A stretch of 64,000 nucleotides of DNA from the human T2T-CHM13v2.0 reference genome, Homo sapiens, in assembly GCF_009914755.1 (NCBI RefSeq), contig NC_060933.1. One strand, written 5' to 3'. Under the pieces are notes generated by a model. It was given only the letters and a program-made list of their open reading frames with translations. It made no database searches and had not been told where the DNA came from. Below are positions 1 to 19,983 of the stretch, in pieces (position 1 is the stretch's first letter; every line of letters starts with the position of its first letter). A program made the position numbers and the translations under genes.

Positions 1-1350
1 ACTTAAGGTCATAAGAACTAAATCTTTTCCAGCTTTGTTCATCTCAAGACTGTTTGGTACCTGCCCATCTAATAATATTTGATAATATCTTCAGAGAAAG
101 CAGCATGACTAGTTCACTGGCAAATTAGCTAGCTGTCTTCTCTTCTGCATGAAAGAGCAGTTTGTATAAGACTTGACTGTGAGGCTGCACTATTGATTTT
201 ACAAAATACAGGCTTGGAATGTGGTGCATTAAAGCAGAGAATATGATGAACTATTATCATTGTGCAGCTCCATCTTAAGAGCTCTCTAAGGATGCTGGCA
301 GATTTTTCTTTTTTTTTGGACCACACTATTGAATCTATGAATTACCTCTAAATCTTATTAAATCATCTCTGCTTTCTGCATTGTTAGGAAGACTAACAAA
401 ACAAAATATTATCTATGATTAGAAACAGCAATATGTTTCTTTAAAAACAATACAAACTACTTGCAAAACAGCCACAAATCCCTTTTCTGTTTTGCTACTT
501 TAGTCACAGGGAGTTTTGGGGAGCAGTGAGGATAGTGAGAGGAGAGGGGTGTAGAATCTTATGAAGGCAGTTTTTATTGGGATCTATTGTGAGCCTGATT
601 TTCTACCTTGTGCCCATGTGAAGAGGGAAAATAGCTTAATAAGGCACCAGGGCAGATAAATCCTGCAGGCAAAGCAGTGCATCCAAAGAAGGGCAGTTAC
701 TGAAGTGGACAACCTCACTATAAAGAACTTTAAAAAAATATTCCCAAGATATTGACCCTCCATGAGGCTTCTGTAGTATGAACAGAGCACTTGACTTATG
801 AGTACCATTATTCCCTCATGAGATGATTGTCACAGTTTCTAAGCATGAGCAGCCATGTTTATGGCCACCAGCACCTCACTCCTTTCCTTGCCACCCAATG
901 TGTGTTTTTTTTTTTAAAGCAGCCATAGCTCATTGTCCCTGACTCAAGACTGATCAGTTTATGCACCAACCAATAGCCTTCTCTTCATTCTGGTGCCTGC
1001 TGTGTTCTCCCTCTGGTTAAAGTGCTAGTGGAGAGACAAGGCAAAAAGAATAGAAGCAGATGCAACTCAGTTTCCTGATTCCCATGCAACTTCCATAAGA
1101 TACCATTTGGATTTGATTTGTTTAGCTCAATCAACCAGATTGAGACTGGTTTGTAAAAAATAAGTTACAGTTAGTGAACAAAGAGGCATGCATTATTGGT
1201 GATGTTTCATGGAAACTTTGGTTCTATTCCTCAGTTGTCTCTGGATGGTAGATTTAGCTGGAAGAGCTAAAATCTAAAAGATGATACAGCTCCACCTCTA
1301 CCAAGTCATTTACCTGAGGATCTGGGAGCTTCAACAAGAAAACTTTAGAG

Positions 1351-1541
1351 TAGTGGTTCTCATCCAGGGGTGATTTTGCCCATGGGGGCATTTGGCAATA
1401 TCTGGATACATTTTTGATTGGCTATTGGCATCTAGTTAGTAGAGGCCAGGATGGCTGCAAAACATCTTACCATGCACAGGACAGGCCCCTGCAAAGGAAT
1501 TATCAGCCCAGTGTCAATAGTGCCAAGGCCGAGAAACTCTA
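1351..1541 (+). mobile_element. MER20 (hAT-Charlie DNA transposon)
   Basis: Terminal inverted repeats tagtggttctca...cgagaaactcta. Perfect 8-bp target-site duplication CTTTAGAG at 1343-1350 and 1542-1549. Confidence 0.85.
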
Positions 1542-1677
1542 CTTTAGAGTAATCTCTTTGGTTGTATACAGTTGATGGTGACTGAGGGTAGCTGAAGGTT
1601 CTTAGGGGGCAGGACGGGACAGCTGATTCTGAAAAGGTGTAACAAAGAAGAATCACAACCCTTGACTTTCTTCCCAG

Positions 1678-1788
1678 AATATGCCTCCAAAGATGATCAC
1701 AGGGACTTTGCAGGAGAACTGGAAGTTCTTTGTAAACTTGGACACCATCCAAACATCATCAATCTCTTAGGAGCATGTGAACATCGAG
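1678..1788 (+). CDS. TEK: TEK exon 16 (kinase N-lobe, alphaC helix)
   Basis: ttcccag|AATATGCC...CATCGAG|gtaag, 111 bp. Translates (E)[36 protein letters not shown](G), matching TIE2. Confidence 0.98.
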
Positions 1789-2815
1789 GTAAGATGCTCT
1801 TTTCCTGTCTTTCCTGCCAGAGTTTTTATAAAACAGACAAATTCCATATGGATATAAGGAAAGATAATGATCTTAAGAATGTTGCCTATTTTTTTTAAAG
1901 TTGCATCTTCTATCTGAATGTCTGTCTAGTCCCATTTATAGACTGTGCTGTGGTTTGCCTTGTTTTTGGAGGGAGGTGCCGAGGCTGGACTATTTAGCCT
2001 CTGATGTGGTTCAGCCATTACTGCCCAAAGGTATTCATGGCTCCTACCTGCCCCATCCTTGGCCATGCAGAGGTTTTCTCCACTACCACTACTATTATAG
2101 TAGGGGAGCCCCCACCATCAGCTTCTTAATTGCCTACCTTTACATTTTTCCTGGAAACCCAGGGAATTGGTATTCTGAATGTTAAAAGCCATGAATGCCA
2201 GCAATCTAGTGTAATATGAAAACTAAGGATGGTTGGATTTTAAAAATAATTATAAGAAGCTTTCATGCGATAGTGCTTTGTTTTTATCCAGAATGCTTTC
2301 ATGTACAATTACAATGGAGCTTTACAACTATCCTGTGTTGCACATGCATTTAAAGTTAAATTTATGTTATTAATTCAAATGTTTATTGAGTACTTTCTAC
2401 TGTAATGCATGTAATTACTGGTGAGTGAGTAGGTAACAACAAAAATCCTCTATGGGTTTACCTCTGCATGCAGCATGGCCTTGTAGTTCTGAATCTCTGC
2501 TTAAACTTCACTTCTCGTGGAAAAGTTTGCTCCCACAAAAAGCTCCATGCAGTAATTATTTACAAACTTGACAGCCTCTTGTTGACTTTGCAGCACAAAC
2601 ACCAACAATAGAAAAGAGACTACTTCCATTTCCTCAATTTATTAAACTAAAAATACTGGTGCTTCAAACAATTTATCATTCTATGATCCAATAAGGGTGT
2701 AATTCTGAAAGCCAGATCATGTCCCTTAGGTTAAATAATGAAGTAATGACATTTATTTTTTGAGCTACTTCCTGAAAACAGTAATGAGCATGGCACAGGA
2801 GTGTAAATGAAAGTT

Positions 2816-2850
2816 ACACACACACACACATACCACACACACACACACAC
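2816..2850. repeat. (CA)n microsatellite
   Basis: Interrupted CA run immediately 5' of the RPL36A retrocopy. Confidence 0.9.
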
Positions 2851-2859
2851 CCTGCTGTC

Positions 2860-3312
2860 CTTGCTGATAGCACTCCCACAAACATGGTGAGTGTTCTTAA
2901 AACCCGCCTGACTTTCTGTACAAACCCTACAAATGACACAGTACAAAAGGGCAAGGATTCTCTGGATGCCCAGGGAAAGTGGTGTTATGACAGGAAGCCA
3001 AGTGGCCGTGGTGGACAGACTAAACCAGTTTTCTGGAAAAAGGCTAAAACTACAAAGAAGACTGTGCTGAGGCTTTAGTGTTGACCCCACTGCAGATCTA
3101 AGAGAATGCTGGCTCTTAAGGGATCCAGGCACTTTGCACTAGGAGGAGATAAGAAGAGAAATGGCCAGTTGATCCAGTTCTAAGTTTCAGCTTTTGTTTT
3201 ATTCTGAGGACAATAAAATCTTGAGGTTACGTTTACTTCATCTGGTTGCAGTTGGTCTTTAGGGAGAGAATAAACCATGATATTAATGCAGCTTCCTTCT
3301 TGGGAAAAAAAA
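2860..3312 (+). pseudogene. Processed pseudogene of ribosomal protein L36a (eL42) in TEK intron 16
   Basis: Intronless. ATG at 2884 gives [12 protein letters not shown]...[35 protein letters not shown]. Has deletions and a premature TAG at 3076. The original C-terminus ([13 protein letters not shown]) and TAA are at 3181. AATAAA at 3212 and 3269, A-tail at 3305-3312. Confidence 0.93.
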
Positions 3313-3393
3313 CCACAACAACAAAAATATATCCCTTAAAATTTTGCTTCGTCATCACATTAGCACATAGCTGGCTCTTAAAATTTTAAGATA

Positions 3394-3803
<410 letters not shown>

Positions 3804-3989
3804 TTAAGGTAAATTACCTTTATCTTTATTAATAAATACATATTTAAATTATTTTAAAATAATTCAGTAAAGATGTGAGAAAGCACATGTATACCATAAT
3901 TTAGGTCTAACTTTCATTATAGTGCAACAGGTTTCAATATTACTTTTCTTTTTTGCTAGAATTTCAATTTCTTAGAAGATCTTTCAAGC

Positions 3990-4325
3990 TTTTTTTTTTT
4001 TTTTTTTTTTTGAGATAGATAGATAGATAGATAGGGTCTCACTCTGTTGCCCAGTCTGGAGTGCAGTAGCACGATGTCAGCCCACTGCAACCTCCCCATC
4101 CCTGGGCTCAAGCAGTCTTCCCACTTCAGCCTAAGTACTCCCAAGTAGCTGGGACTACAGGGATGCACCACCATGCTTGGCTAATTTTTATTTTATTTTT
4201 ATTTTTTGTAGAGATTAGGTCTCAGTATACTGCCCAAGCTGGTCTCAAACTCCTGGGCTCAAGCAATCCATCTGCCTTGGCCTCCCAGAGTGCCGGGATT
4301 ACAAGTGTGAGCCACTGCACTGGGC
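3990..4325 (-). mobile_element. Alu (AluJ-like) with (GATA)n near its tail
   Basis: Poly-T followed by reverse-complement Alu with J-type features (ctcctgggctcaagcaatcc). Confidence 0.9.
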
Positions 4326-5217
4326 TTCAAGTTCTAATTCATACATCATTTTAAAAACATGGTTTGCCCAAAAAATTCTTCTTTAAAAAAAACCAGTAAA
4401 ATAACTTTAACTTTACATTTTTAGTAGGTATAAATGTCGATGTTTTTAGCAAGTAAATTCCCTTTAAAAAAATTTTCGCAAGGGGATAATTTATTTTTTA
4501 AAAATTCCAAGAAAACAAAAGTAACAAAACTGGGCAAATAACGTTTTATTAAAAAAAAAAAGAGAGAGAGAAATGATGTGGAACAAAAAAGTGACAATGA
4601 ACCATAAGTTTTTCTAGGAACTATTGTTTTATTTTTTCCTAAAAGCTTGAGTTTTCTGGTATCTTGAAGCAAAATGCAATCTTTGAAACTAACCTCTGGT
4701 GGCCAGAGACCCAATCAGCAATATGGTGACTTAGGATGGGTTTTGAGGAGGAGTAGAAGGCAGGAGAGACAATTACCTGTTGTGGCTCCTTCCACATGGA
4801 TATTTAATTGTTGAAAAATAATAACAACCTCAGGAATAGCTAGAGGCAGACTAGAATAACATGCCTGGCTCATGTTACTAAGCTCCTTGATCAAAATGGA
4901 ATGCAAATGAAAAGGTGACGTGAAGAACGTGTCTGAGATCTGGAAGAGCATGCTTTGACTCACTCTACTGTTATTACTGAGTGGGTAAAAGCATTTCAGG
5001 AAGCCCTCTGTGTGAGTGCAGGTTTGGTAGGAATGGAGAGGGGGTGGGAAGGAGCAAAACCAAGCGTTGCAGCCTGGCCCCTTTTGAGTATTGCAGGAGG
5101 GTGTCACCCGTCTTCCTCCTGTCCCCCAGTGCTCCCTGGGTGGTGTTGCTAGATGTGTTTTTTAGACAAAATGGAGTTTATAGGCAATTTCCACAGCACA
5201 TCTCTTAAATGTCATAG

Positions 5218-5526
<309 letters not shown>

Positions 5527-6022
5527 TAGGGTCTGTCAACCTCTCTTCTTTAACTCCTTCTTAAAATCTCCCTCATTTTAATCTCTCTGTGAATAGTCCA
5601 TCTATTTAAAGAAAAATTAGTACTGACAATATGTTTATCTAGCAATTTTCATAATTATGAAAATTGTATAATTTTCTTCTATCTAATTTCATATATGCAA
5701 ATTTTATAATTTTCCTAATACGTAGCGAGGTACCTTAAGCTCTCTTAGCCTGGTTTGCCTCTAAATAATGTGTAATAACAGAGACACACTACATTACAGC
5801 TGGAGGATTTAACAACCTGTGTTTTTTATTTGTTCGTTTTCTGAAATTCTTCTGCCAAGATGTGGTGTGTCATTTGGCAGAATCCATTACCAGGGAATTT
5901 TGGAGGGGAACTTTAAGGGAACTGGATTGTGACTGTTTAAAATCCTTTTTTATACTATTGTTTTCTTTCCTGTTCCCCAAAGTTTTCAGCCCTGGGGCTT
6001 TCATTAGGCTGAAAATACATAA

Positions 6023-6175
<153 letters not shown>

Positions 6176-8009
6176 TGATCGCATCCTTTCCGAGGTACTC
6201 CCCTGTCTCCTGATGTTGCTTCTGAGACTGTCAGTGCTCTGTGGTGACTGAAGCATCTGACTGTATGTCCCAGTAGATACTGTGTGCCCTGGGAAACATT
6301 CTTTCTAAATGTTGGTTCCTAACATGATTGCAGCATCTGCATTAATTAATAATGAAGAAGGCACTGTCATGTGTGACCAAGTGATTGAATGTTCAAACCT
6401 AGTGGTTTGGGGTCTTGGTTCTATCCAGTCCAGACCCCAAGGCATCTCACTCAGGAACCTCTGAGGAGCTTGCACAATCCCCTTTCATGCACAGCTGACA
6501 CAGCAAGGAAAAAAATTAACATATTTTCCAAAAGTCAAGAAGACAAACTAAATGGTTTCTAAATCACCAGGAGGCTCTACAGAGAAATTCATAACTTCTA
6601 CAGGCTCATCTAAGATTTCTCTCTTCACTGAAACCTCAATGGTCACTATTCAAACCCAAATAAAATCCACTCTCCCAAACAGTAATATTTTATCTTTAAG
6701 TACAAGATTGCAGGAGAACCTAACCATACAGTCTTAGAGGAAGAGAGATACTCATTCTGCTTTTGGTGCCCAGTCTAGAATCACATAGTCCTAGAAGTAC
6801 CGCATCCCTGCATGTTACAGCTGTGTGGATGAAATGTCACCATCCTCTCTTTTCCTTGGGTGGGCAGAATGCAGGGGCCTTAGGGATGACAAGCCCTGCA
6901 GCCTTTCCATGTGTCTGGCAGATCTACTCTGGTGGATGGCTCTCCCTTTTTTAGGTCTGATGAACATTACTTGGTCCCAGCTTTCCTGGGATGGCTCCAG
7001 TTGTCATAAGATATAGACAATCTTTTTGCTTTTGTGGGCACACCAAATTGTCTCTTAGCAAGGCTCAGGTTCCGGCATTTATTCTCAATTCCAGGCTTCT
7101 TTTTTTCCCATCATACTTATTTTAGTTACTGAGAAGATAAAGTAAAACAATACTCAAGAACATTTTGAAAGGAAATCACCCATAATTCACCACCTTGGCA
7201 TATATATTTTTTTCATTTTGGCTTATTGCCTTTCACAGCATACATCCTTTTACATAGCTACAACCACAGTGAACGTAATCATTTTGGATCTTTCCACTCT
7301 CCTTTCTGATGAGGGTGTGAAGCTGGGTCCCTTTGGCTCTTCGAGGGCCCTGCATGCTTATCAACATCAACACTTTCAGAAGCCATGTGTGCCTCCCTGA
7401 GGGCTGGCTTCCAGGTGATGCTTTTCTCCCTAACCTTTTCAGGCACACTCAAAGCAGATGCTTCTCTGGAGCAGGGGTGGGCTTGTTTTCTTAAAGAAGC
7501 AGAATCCATCACTCACCTACCTACTCCAGCCTTCCCAACTCCTCCCTCACCACCTGGTGTCCTCAAATCTCCTTCCTGAAATCCTTTTCCCTGCTTTCCT
7601 CCAGCACTTGGGGGATGTGGGTACCCTGGGTGAGAAGGTGGAGGGATAACACAGGATAACTCCACAATCTACCCATTCTATTTGGATGCTCTCCTCAGCC
7701 TCCCAAGACTAGCACTGGTTTGCTTGGCATTTCATAAAGGGCAGTGATTTCTGCAATATTGGGGTTATTTACAGGGGGAGAGCACCTATCAGGTCTCAAC
7801 TCTATCTTACAATAGACTAAACAGGGTAAAGGTGTTCTTTAGCACCTTGGGGCTGGGGAGGAAAGGGCCAGGTTTGAGGGAAGGGGGAAGAAAGAAGGAT
7901 TGGAGAGGAGCAAGTTCCCTGCAAGAAAGGTGCAGTGTGGCAAGACACTCCTAGAGAACACAGTGGCTACCTTCTCTGGCAGCCAATTTTAAAATCAGAT
8001 TTTCAATTC

Positions 8010-8165
8010 TCATTGTACTTCAAAGCATCTGCATTTTTTAAAGATCCCCAGATGATTGAGTCCTATCCTGTGGATATTCTGATTCAATTGGTCTAGGGTG
8101 AGAACCCTGCATTAGGGTTTTTTTTTTTTTTTTAAGTTACCCAGGGTGATTTTAATACTGGAAGT
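8010..8165. mobile_element. MER5-like hAT remnant
   Basis: atctgcatttttt...ccccagatgatt and gattcaattggtctagggtg motifs. Confidence 0.5.
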
Positions 8166-8239
8166 ATTACTGCAAACTACTATACTAAGCAATTTGGGGT
8201 TTCACTATCATAGATTAATATATCCATCCCGTCATCATG

Positions 8240-9060
8240 GATTTGTTAGTACAATGTTTCATGCTTGTGCTAGATTTTGGGGTAACATAAGTCAGACACA
8301 GTCTCCACCTTCAAAGAGCTCGTAGACATGACTCAGGATTGTAACAGTTGATAAATGCAAAGAGCAAGGAAAGCATAGGTGCTACGGGAACACAAAGAAG
8401 GTGCACTGAACCAAGCTGAAAGGAAGTTAAGGAGGGCTTCCTGGAGGAGGTCAAATCCTGAGTTTCATAGTAAATGTTAGATAGGCAGTGAGGATGTGAG
8501 AATAAGTTGGATGAGCTGGAGGACACAGTACATACAGAACCCCTAGAGGAAAAGGAAAGCATGAAACCTTTAGGAGATGTTTAAGTAATTCACTATGGCT
8601 GGGGGTGTATTGCAGAGAGGAAGGGAGAGTTAAACTTCAGGGTTGGAAGAGGAAGCAAGGATAAAGTCCTGAAGGGCCTTGAATTCCAGCTAAGGATTTG
8701 GGATCTTGGAACCATAGGGACATTAAAGAATTTTAAGGAATAGAACTACATGGTCAAATTTGCCATTTAGCATGATCATCCTGACTACAGGGTAGAGAAC
8801 AGACAATTAGGGAGGGAGATCAGTTAGGCAGAGAGACCAGGAGAGATTGTTGTCATCAGGTGTGGTATGATGGTGGACTGAACTGAGGTGATACAGTAGA
8901 CAGAAGTGACGAGATCCAAAAGAAGTCAAATAAAAAAATAAATGAAAAAGTGCACAAGGAACTTAACAATTAGGAGGTGTGAGGTTGGAAGCCAGCAGGC
9001 TGGGAGTGAATGAGGGCAAAAAGAAAACAGATAACACTGTAGAGAGAGTTAGAATAACAG
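8240..9060 (-). mobile_element. L2 fragment
   Basis: Purine-rich reverse complement of the L2 3' region (tgtgctag...gacacagtctccaccttcaaagagctc; ggagggcttcctggaggagg). Confidence 0.65.
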
Positions 9061-10237
9061 CTGGGAGATGGGGTGGTGTGGACAGAGAGTGAAGGGAGGA
9101 GGTGTGGATGTGGAGGAGAACAATAAATAGGTAGATGTGAGAAAAAATACTTCCATACTTGAACCTAAAAGTACAAAATTACCATTTAGAATTTATGTTT
9201 AGAAATGTATGCATCAGAATATTGCCACTCCACAAAGAACTGGGAGACAATTGCACATTCAGGAATCGTCCTTGGGATCTAGGGCAGGGCTGGTCTCATA
9301 AATGCATGACCTAGGAGAACACCTGCTCTGGAGAGCTGAGAAAGGTCCCTCAAGTGCTCCTGGTTTTGTTCCACCCACTGGCTAATCTAGGTGGAGATGC
9401 CACTGTGAAAGTCTGGACAAATCTCTGGGAGGGAGGGATCAACCTCTCAATGACCAACCCTATGATTCTTGAATGAGTAGATAGGAAGGGAGCCCCAAAT
9501 CATAGAGACTTTGAGGAAACTAGGAATAAAACTTTAAAGTCAAGCTTTACAATGTCCAGGCACATCTCATTTTGCCTAGCCTGGGATCAGTAAAACAAGA
9601 TATGGGGAGAGCCTGGATGCAGTCAGGACCAGGCATCGAAAGGATCAGTATGTCTCCAAACCCAACATAAACTACACTAGCTACAAATCAGCTCAATCTC
9701 TACTGTTACACATGCACACTGTTCCCCTTGTCCAGAGATGCTCTTTCCTCTCCCATCTACCTAATGACACCTAAACATCTTATAGAACCATGCTGGGATA
9801 TCCCGTCCTCTGGACAATCTCCCTCCATCATCTCCAGGCGTAGTTGTTCTCTTCACCCTACCCCAGTTTCCCTTTTCCACCCTGCTTCCCTTTTCCATAT
9901 TATTAATACAGTTAAATTCTCACTCAGTGTCTATGCCTGTCTCCCCTTTCAAACCTCGGAGTGCCTCTGAGGGCTATAAGGTGAATAAGGAATGACCGAC
10001 TACCATGCGTGCACACTCACACTTCCATTCATATAACGCTGCTGGACCCCGAAAGATAAATAGGACTTATACTATTTGCATGTTTTGAAATTTGAAAACA
10101 CATGTAGCTGGGACATACACAAAGCAATGATTTCTGAGTCTACCCAGCAATCATTTGTGGAGCCACAGCTCAGGCAGGCTGAGAGCCTCTTAAAGACCCT
10201 GTCCCAGTTAAGTGAAATCTCACTTTGTTCTCTCCAG

Positions 10238-10308
10238 GGAAGGCTCCCAGTGCGCTGGATGGCCATCGAGTCACTGAATTACAGTGTGTACACAACCAAC
10301 AGTGATGT
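10238..10308 (+). CDS. TEK: TEK exon 19
   Basis: ctccag|GGAAGG...GATGT|gtgagt, 71 bp. Translates [24 protein letters not shown]. Confidence 0.98.
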
Positions 10309-10719
10309 GTGAGTAAACTTCTTATTGCCAAGGGATTTTTTTTTCCCTCCCAGAAACATATATATTTGACAGAGATTTTAAAAAGATACAGGAATGTCCT
10401 GTACCTCTCGGGAACAAAGGTAACTAAAAAGCTCAGGAAATAAATTAGCAGAATAAAGCCACAGAGTAGACAGTTTCCAGAGGAGTGCAGAATCACTTGC
10501 GGCAGGTTTTGGGTTTCCCTCTGCATACTGAAGTTGTGTATTCCGCATGTGCTTCAAGTTGCGAATTCTCGGACTCAACAGGAAGAAGGGACATACCGGC
10601 CTTCCTGTGGCTCCTCTCCCAGACCTAGATCAGAGGAAGCAACCCAGAATAGCTGCTGGGGACAAAATAAGGCCAGACAGTTGGGGGGGGGTCGTCTCTG
10701 CTTGCAGCCTGCAGTGATG

Positions 10720-11060
10720 CATCAGAGGCTGGTGGTGAAAGGAAGGATTGGCTTGAGATTTAGGTCATCTTGCCTCGTACCCCATTTCCAGGAGGAAAAA
10801 CCAAGGCCCCGAGGGTGGTGGTGACTTGTCCAAGGGGTTTTGCTGATGTCTGGGCATGAGGAGGGGGTGGGCAATTGCTGTGTCCTCACTGTATGCAAGG
10901 TGCTTTTTATGTTTCTCTGCATAATTTTGAGGCAGGGATTATTGTCCCCACTTTTGGAAGAATACACTAAGAGGTCCCAAGAGGTTCAGCAACTGTTTCC
11001 AGGTCACATAAGTATTGGGTGGCAGAGATTGGATTTAACTCAGATCTGTCAAGCTCCACA
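10720..11060 (-). mobile_element. MIR fragments
   Basis: cccatttccaggaggaaaaaccaaggccc...gtgacttgtccaagg and a second MIR core at about 10870-11060. Confidence 0.55.
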
Positions 11061-11332
11061 ACAAATTTCATCTGTTTTGGACAGTACCACCTTGTAGTCT
11101 CTAGTTAAAGTGATTTGGGGGCTCTGGCAAAGTGAACACTGTTTCTTTGTTGTAACCCTTCCATTGAGCTAAGAGGAGAGAAACCTACACTGTGTGCAAG
11201 GGCCTATCCTAGGATGTAGACATTTAACATCTCCTTTTCTCAGAAAGGGTGGGTCTCCCTGGCTTTTGGGGCCGGAAAATGAGTGGTGACTCTGTTTGCT
11301 GATTGTTGGTTTCACACTTGTCCCTCCTGCAG

Positions 11333-11373
11333 ATGGTCCTATGGTGTGTTACTATGGGAGATTGTTAGCTTAG
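11333..11373 (+). CDS. TEK: TEK exon 20
   Basis: ctgcag|ATGGTCC...AGCTTAG|gtgagt, 41 bp. Translates WSYGVLLWEIVSL(G); phases join exons 19 and 21. Confidence 0.97.
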
Positions 11374-11586
11374 GTGAGTATCTATGTTTATCTACCAGGT
11401 GAGACTCTAGGCAAAGTGAGTGGAAGCCTCTAGCACTCCCTTGCTGCATAATTCCACAGGATGCCGTTTGTATGTGGTTCTACCAGATGTGACTTGGAAA
11501 TAGAAACATAGTGTATTTATTCCCATATTTTTCTTTTTAAAAGCCTTATACCTAACGTCATATTTAACACTAATGACCTGGAGGCC

Positions 11587-11624
11587 ATGAACTTTATTAT
11601 ATATTATGAACTTTATTATATATT
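11587..11624. repeat. 19-bp perfect tandem duplication
   Basis: atgaactttattatatatt x2. Confidence 0.9.
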
Positions 11625-11839
11625 AATTGGCTCCGCTTGTACAAGTTGCCAGGTTAACTTCTAAAACTCTTAGATTATGCAGCTATTAAAAGTCACATTT
11701 TTGAAAGCCATTTAATAGCATGTGAAAATATGTAATAATTTCATGTATACCCTGATCCTAGTTTTATCAATATTGCATATTTTAAAAAACTGGAAGGCAC
11801 TACACAGAAAGGTAATAACATTTATTCTTCATGCTTTTT

Positions 11840-12200
11840 AATGTGGTACATATACACCATGGAATACTATGCAGCCACAAAAAAGAGAGGAATGAGTTCG
11901 TGTCCTTTGCAGGACCATGGATGAAGCTAGAAACCATCATCCTCAGTAAACTAACACAGGAATAGAAAACCAAACACCACATGTTGTCACTCATAAGTGG
12001 GGGTTGAACAATGGGAACACATGGACACAGGGAGGATAACATCACACACTAGGGCCTGTCAGAGGGTAGGGAACAAGGGGAGGGAGAGCATTAGGACAAA
12101 TACCTAATGTATGTGGGGCTTAAAACCTAGATGATGGGTCGATAGGTGCAGCAAACCACCCACCATGGCACATGTATCTCAGAACTTAAAATTTAAAAAA
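11840..12200 (+). mobile_element. L1PA 3'-end fragment
   Basis: ORF2 C-terminus and 3'UTR (atgtggtacatatacaccatggaatactatgcagcc...). Confidence 0.9.
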
Positions 12201-12264
12201 CTGTTCTACAATAAACCAACATGCATGGCTTTTGTAATTAAAAAACTGGCCATAACTATCATTG

Positions 12265-12336
12265 ATAAAATATGAGTTATAAAACTATGGACTTCCAATC
12301 ATAAAATATGAGTTATAAAACTATGGACTTCCAATC
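12265..12336. repeat. 36-bp perfect tandem duplication
   Basis: ataaaatatgagttataaaactatggacttccaatc x2. Confidence 0.95.
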
Positions 12337-12613
12337 AGAAAAAAAGGTTAATCTTATTGGTATAATAGATGTGCTTTGTGTGGGGAGACTTAGAACAGGC
12401 ACTAAGGAAGCCTGTGGTGGTTCCTTCCCCTGAAGCAATGATCATGCTTTGGCATAGTCTATAGTGTAAGCCCAGCTTTGATGTGCAGTGAGTTTGCCAA
12501 GGGAGGCATGCAGGATGCTCACCCTCTCTTGCCATACCATGTCTTCCTCCTGGCCCCTTATATTTAGAAACCCTGGACAGGAAGCATTGCTTTTCATGCC
12601 AGAGAGGACTTAG

Positions 12614-12733
<120 letters not shown>

Positions 12734-13088
12734 TAAGTCAGGCCTCATCCTGGGGCTATTTTGTCTTACCTTCCCCCTGTGTGTTTCTGGGGCCAGCTGA
12801 CTCTAGCAAAGTCAGCCGGTATACACTATACACAAACACCTACACACAGAGATCCCAAATAGGAACCCCTCCCCTTTTATTCACCTAATACTGTTATATA
12901 ATACACAAGAAGTATTAGCTTTACAGGCATAGAAATTCAGGAGGAATTTAATGACTCTTGGGAAGGTTGAAATGAGGAAGGGCAACAAATGCAGAAAAGC
13001 TCTGAAACAAATTCTTTAAACATACAACACTATCCTTGGGGATAAAGATTTCAAAGCTGTTCATTAAGATTAAGAAGGATACATTTTC

Positions 13089-19300
<6,212 letters not shown>

Positions 19301-19709
19301 GATACATTTTCTTGCCTAGAACCTTGCTTCTGCTAAGATTACTTTCAAAAGTAAGATTTATTCCAAGGGTAAGAATAATGAACTGTAGTGATACCAGCAT
19401 TCCCAGAACTATCCGTGGTAGAAGCTAACTGGCATGTTTGAAGACTGCAAGGCTCTAGGTTGAGCAGATAATTTATTGTCTAAATGGAGCTACTTCTAAG
19501 AGTGAAGGAGGGTGTTAATCTCACTGGAGCAAGAAGCATACATACCATCCTGGAAAAACCTGGACATAGTTGACCATCACTAGACAGTCCCTAAAATTCC
19601 ACCTTTTGAGATTCACTTCATAAGGGGTGAGAAGATTTTTTAGTCTTTAAGAAACTTATGTTAAAGTGTAAGCTGTTCTGGGATCTGTGACACCCTAAGC
19701 CAATGGTTG

Positions 19710-19865
19710 ATAGCCTTCCATGCACATAAGGTTCCCCAGAGTCATTTGTTCAGCATGTGGGCTCTTGGTCCCCACTGTCAGTCATTGATTCTGTAAGTTT
19801 AGGGCAGGTTCCAGAATTCTGCATTTTAATAACAGAGTAGTTCTGAGCACAACTGAGTAAGCACT
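19710..19865. mobile_element. MER5A-like DNA transposon
   Basis: attgattctgtaagttttagggcagg...attctgcattttaat motifs. Confidence 0.55.
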
Positions 19866-19983
19866 GTCTTAGGTCAGTGTTTCCCAAACTATGTTTTCAC
19901 GTGTTGTGCAAGATATAAATACATGATGCAAGGGGAAAGGAGTTCTGCGGTCAATTACTTTGGAAACTTTGTGTTAAACCTGT

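Noticed and set aside
2884-3078. 64-aa ORF as a functional ribosomal protein
   Set aside because: Zinc-ligand region deleted, premature TAG, intronless with an A tail; it is a processed pseudogene.
3956-4354. Alu-derived ORFs here and at 31093-31389, 57678-58105, 61242-61586 and 63313-63538
   Set aside because: Typical spurious Alu or microsatellite translations.
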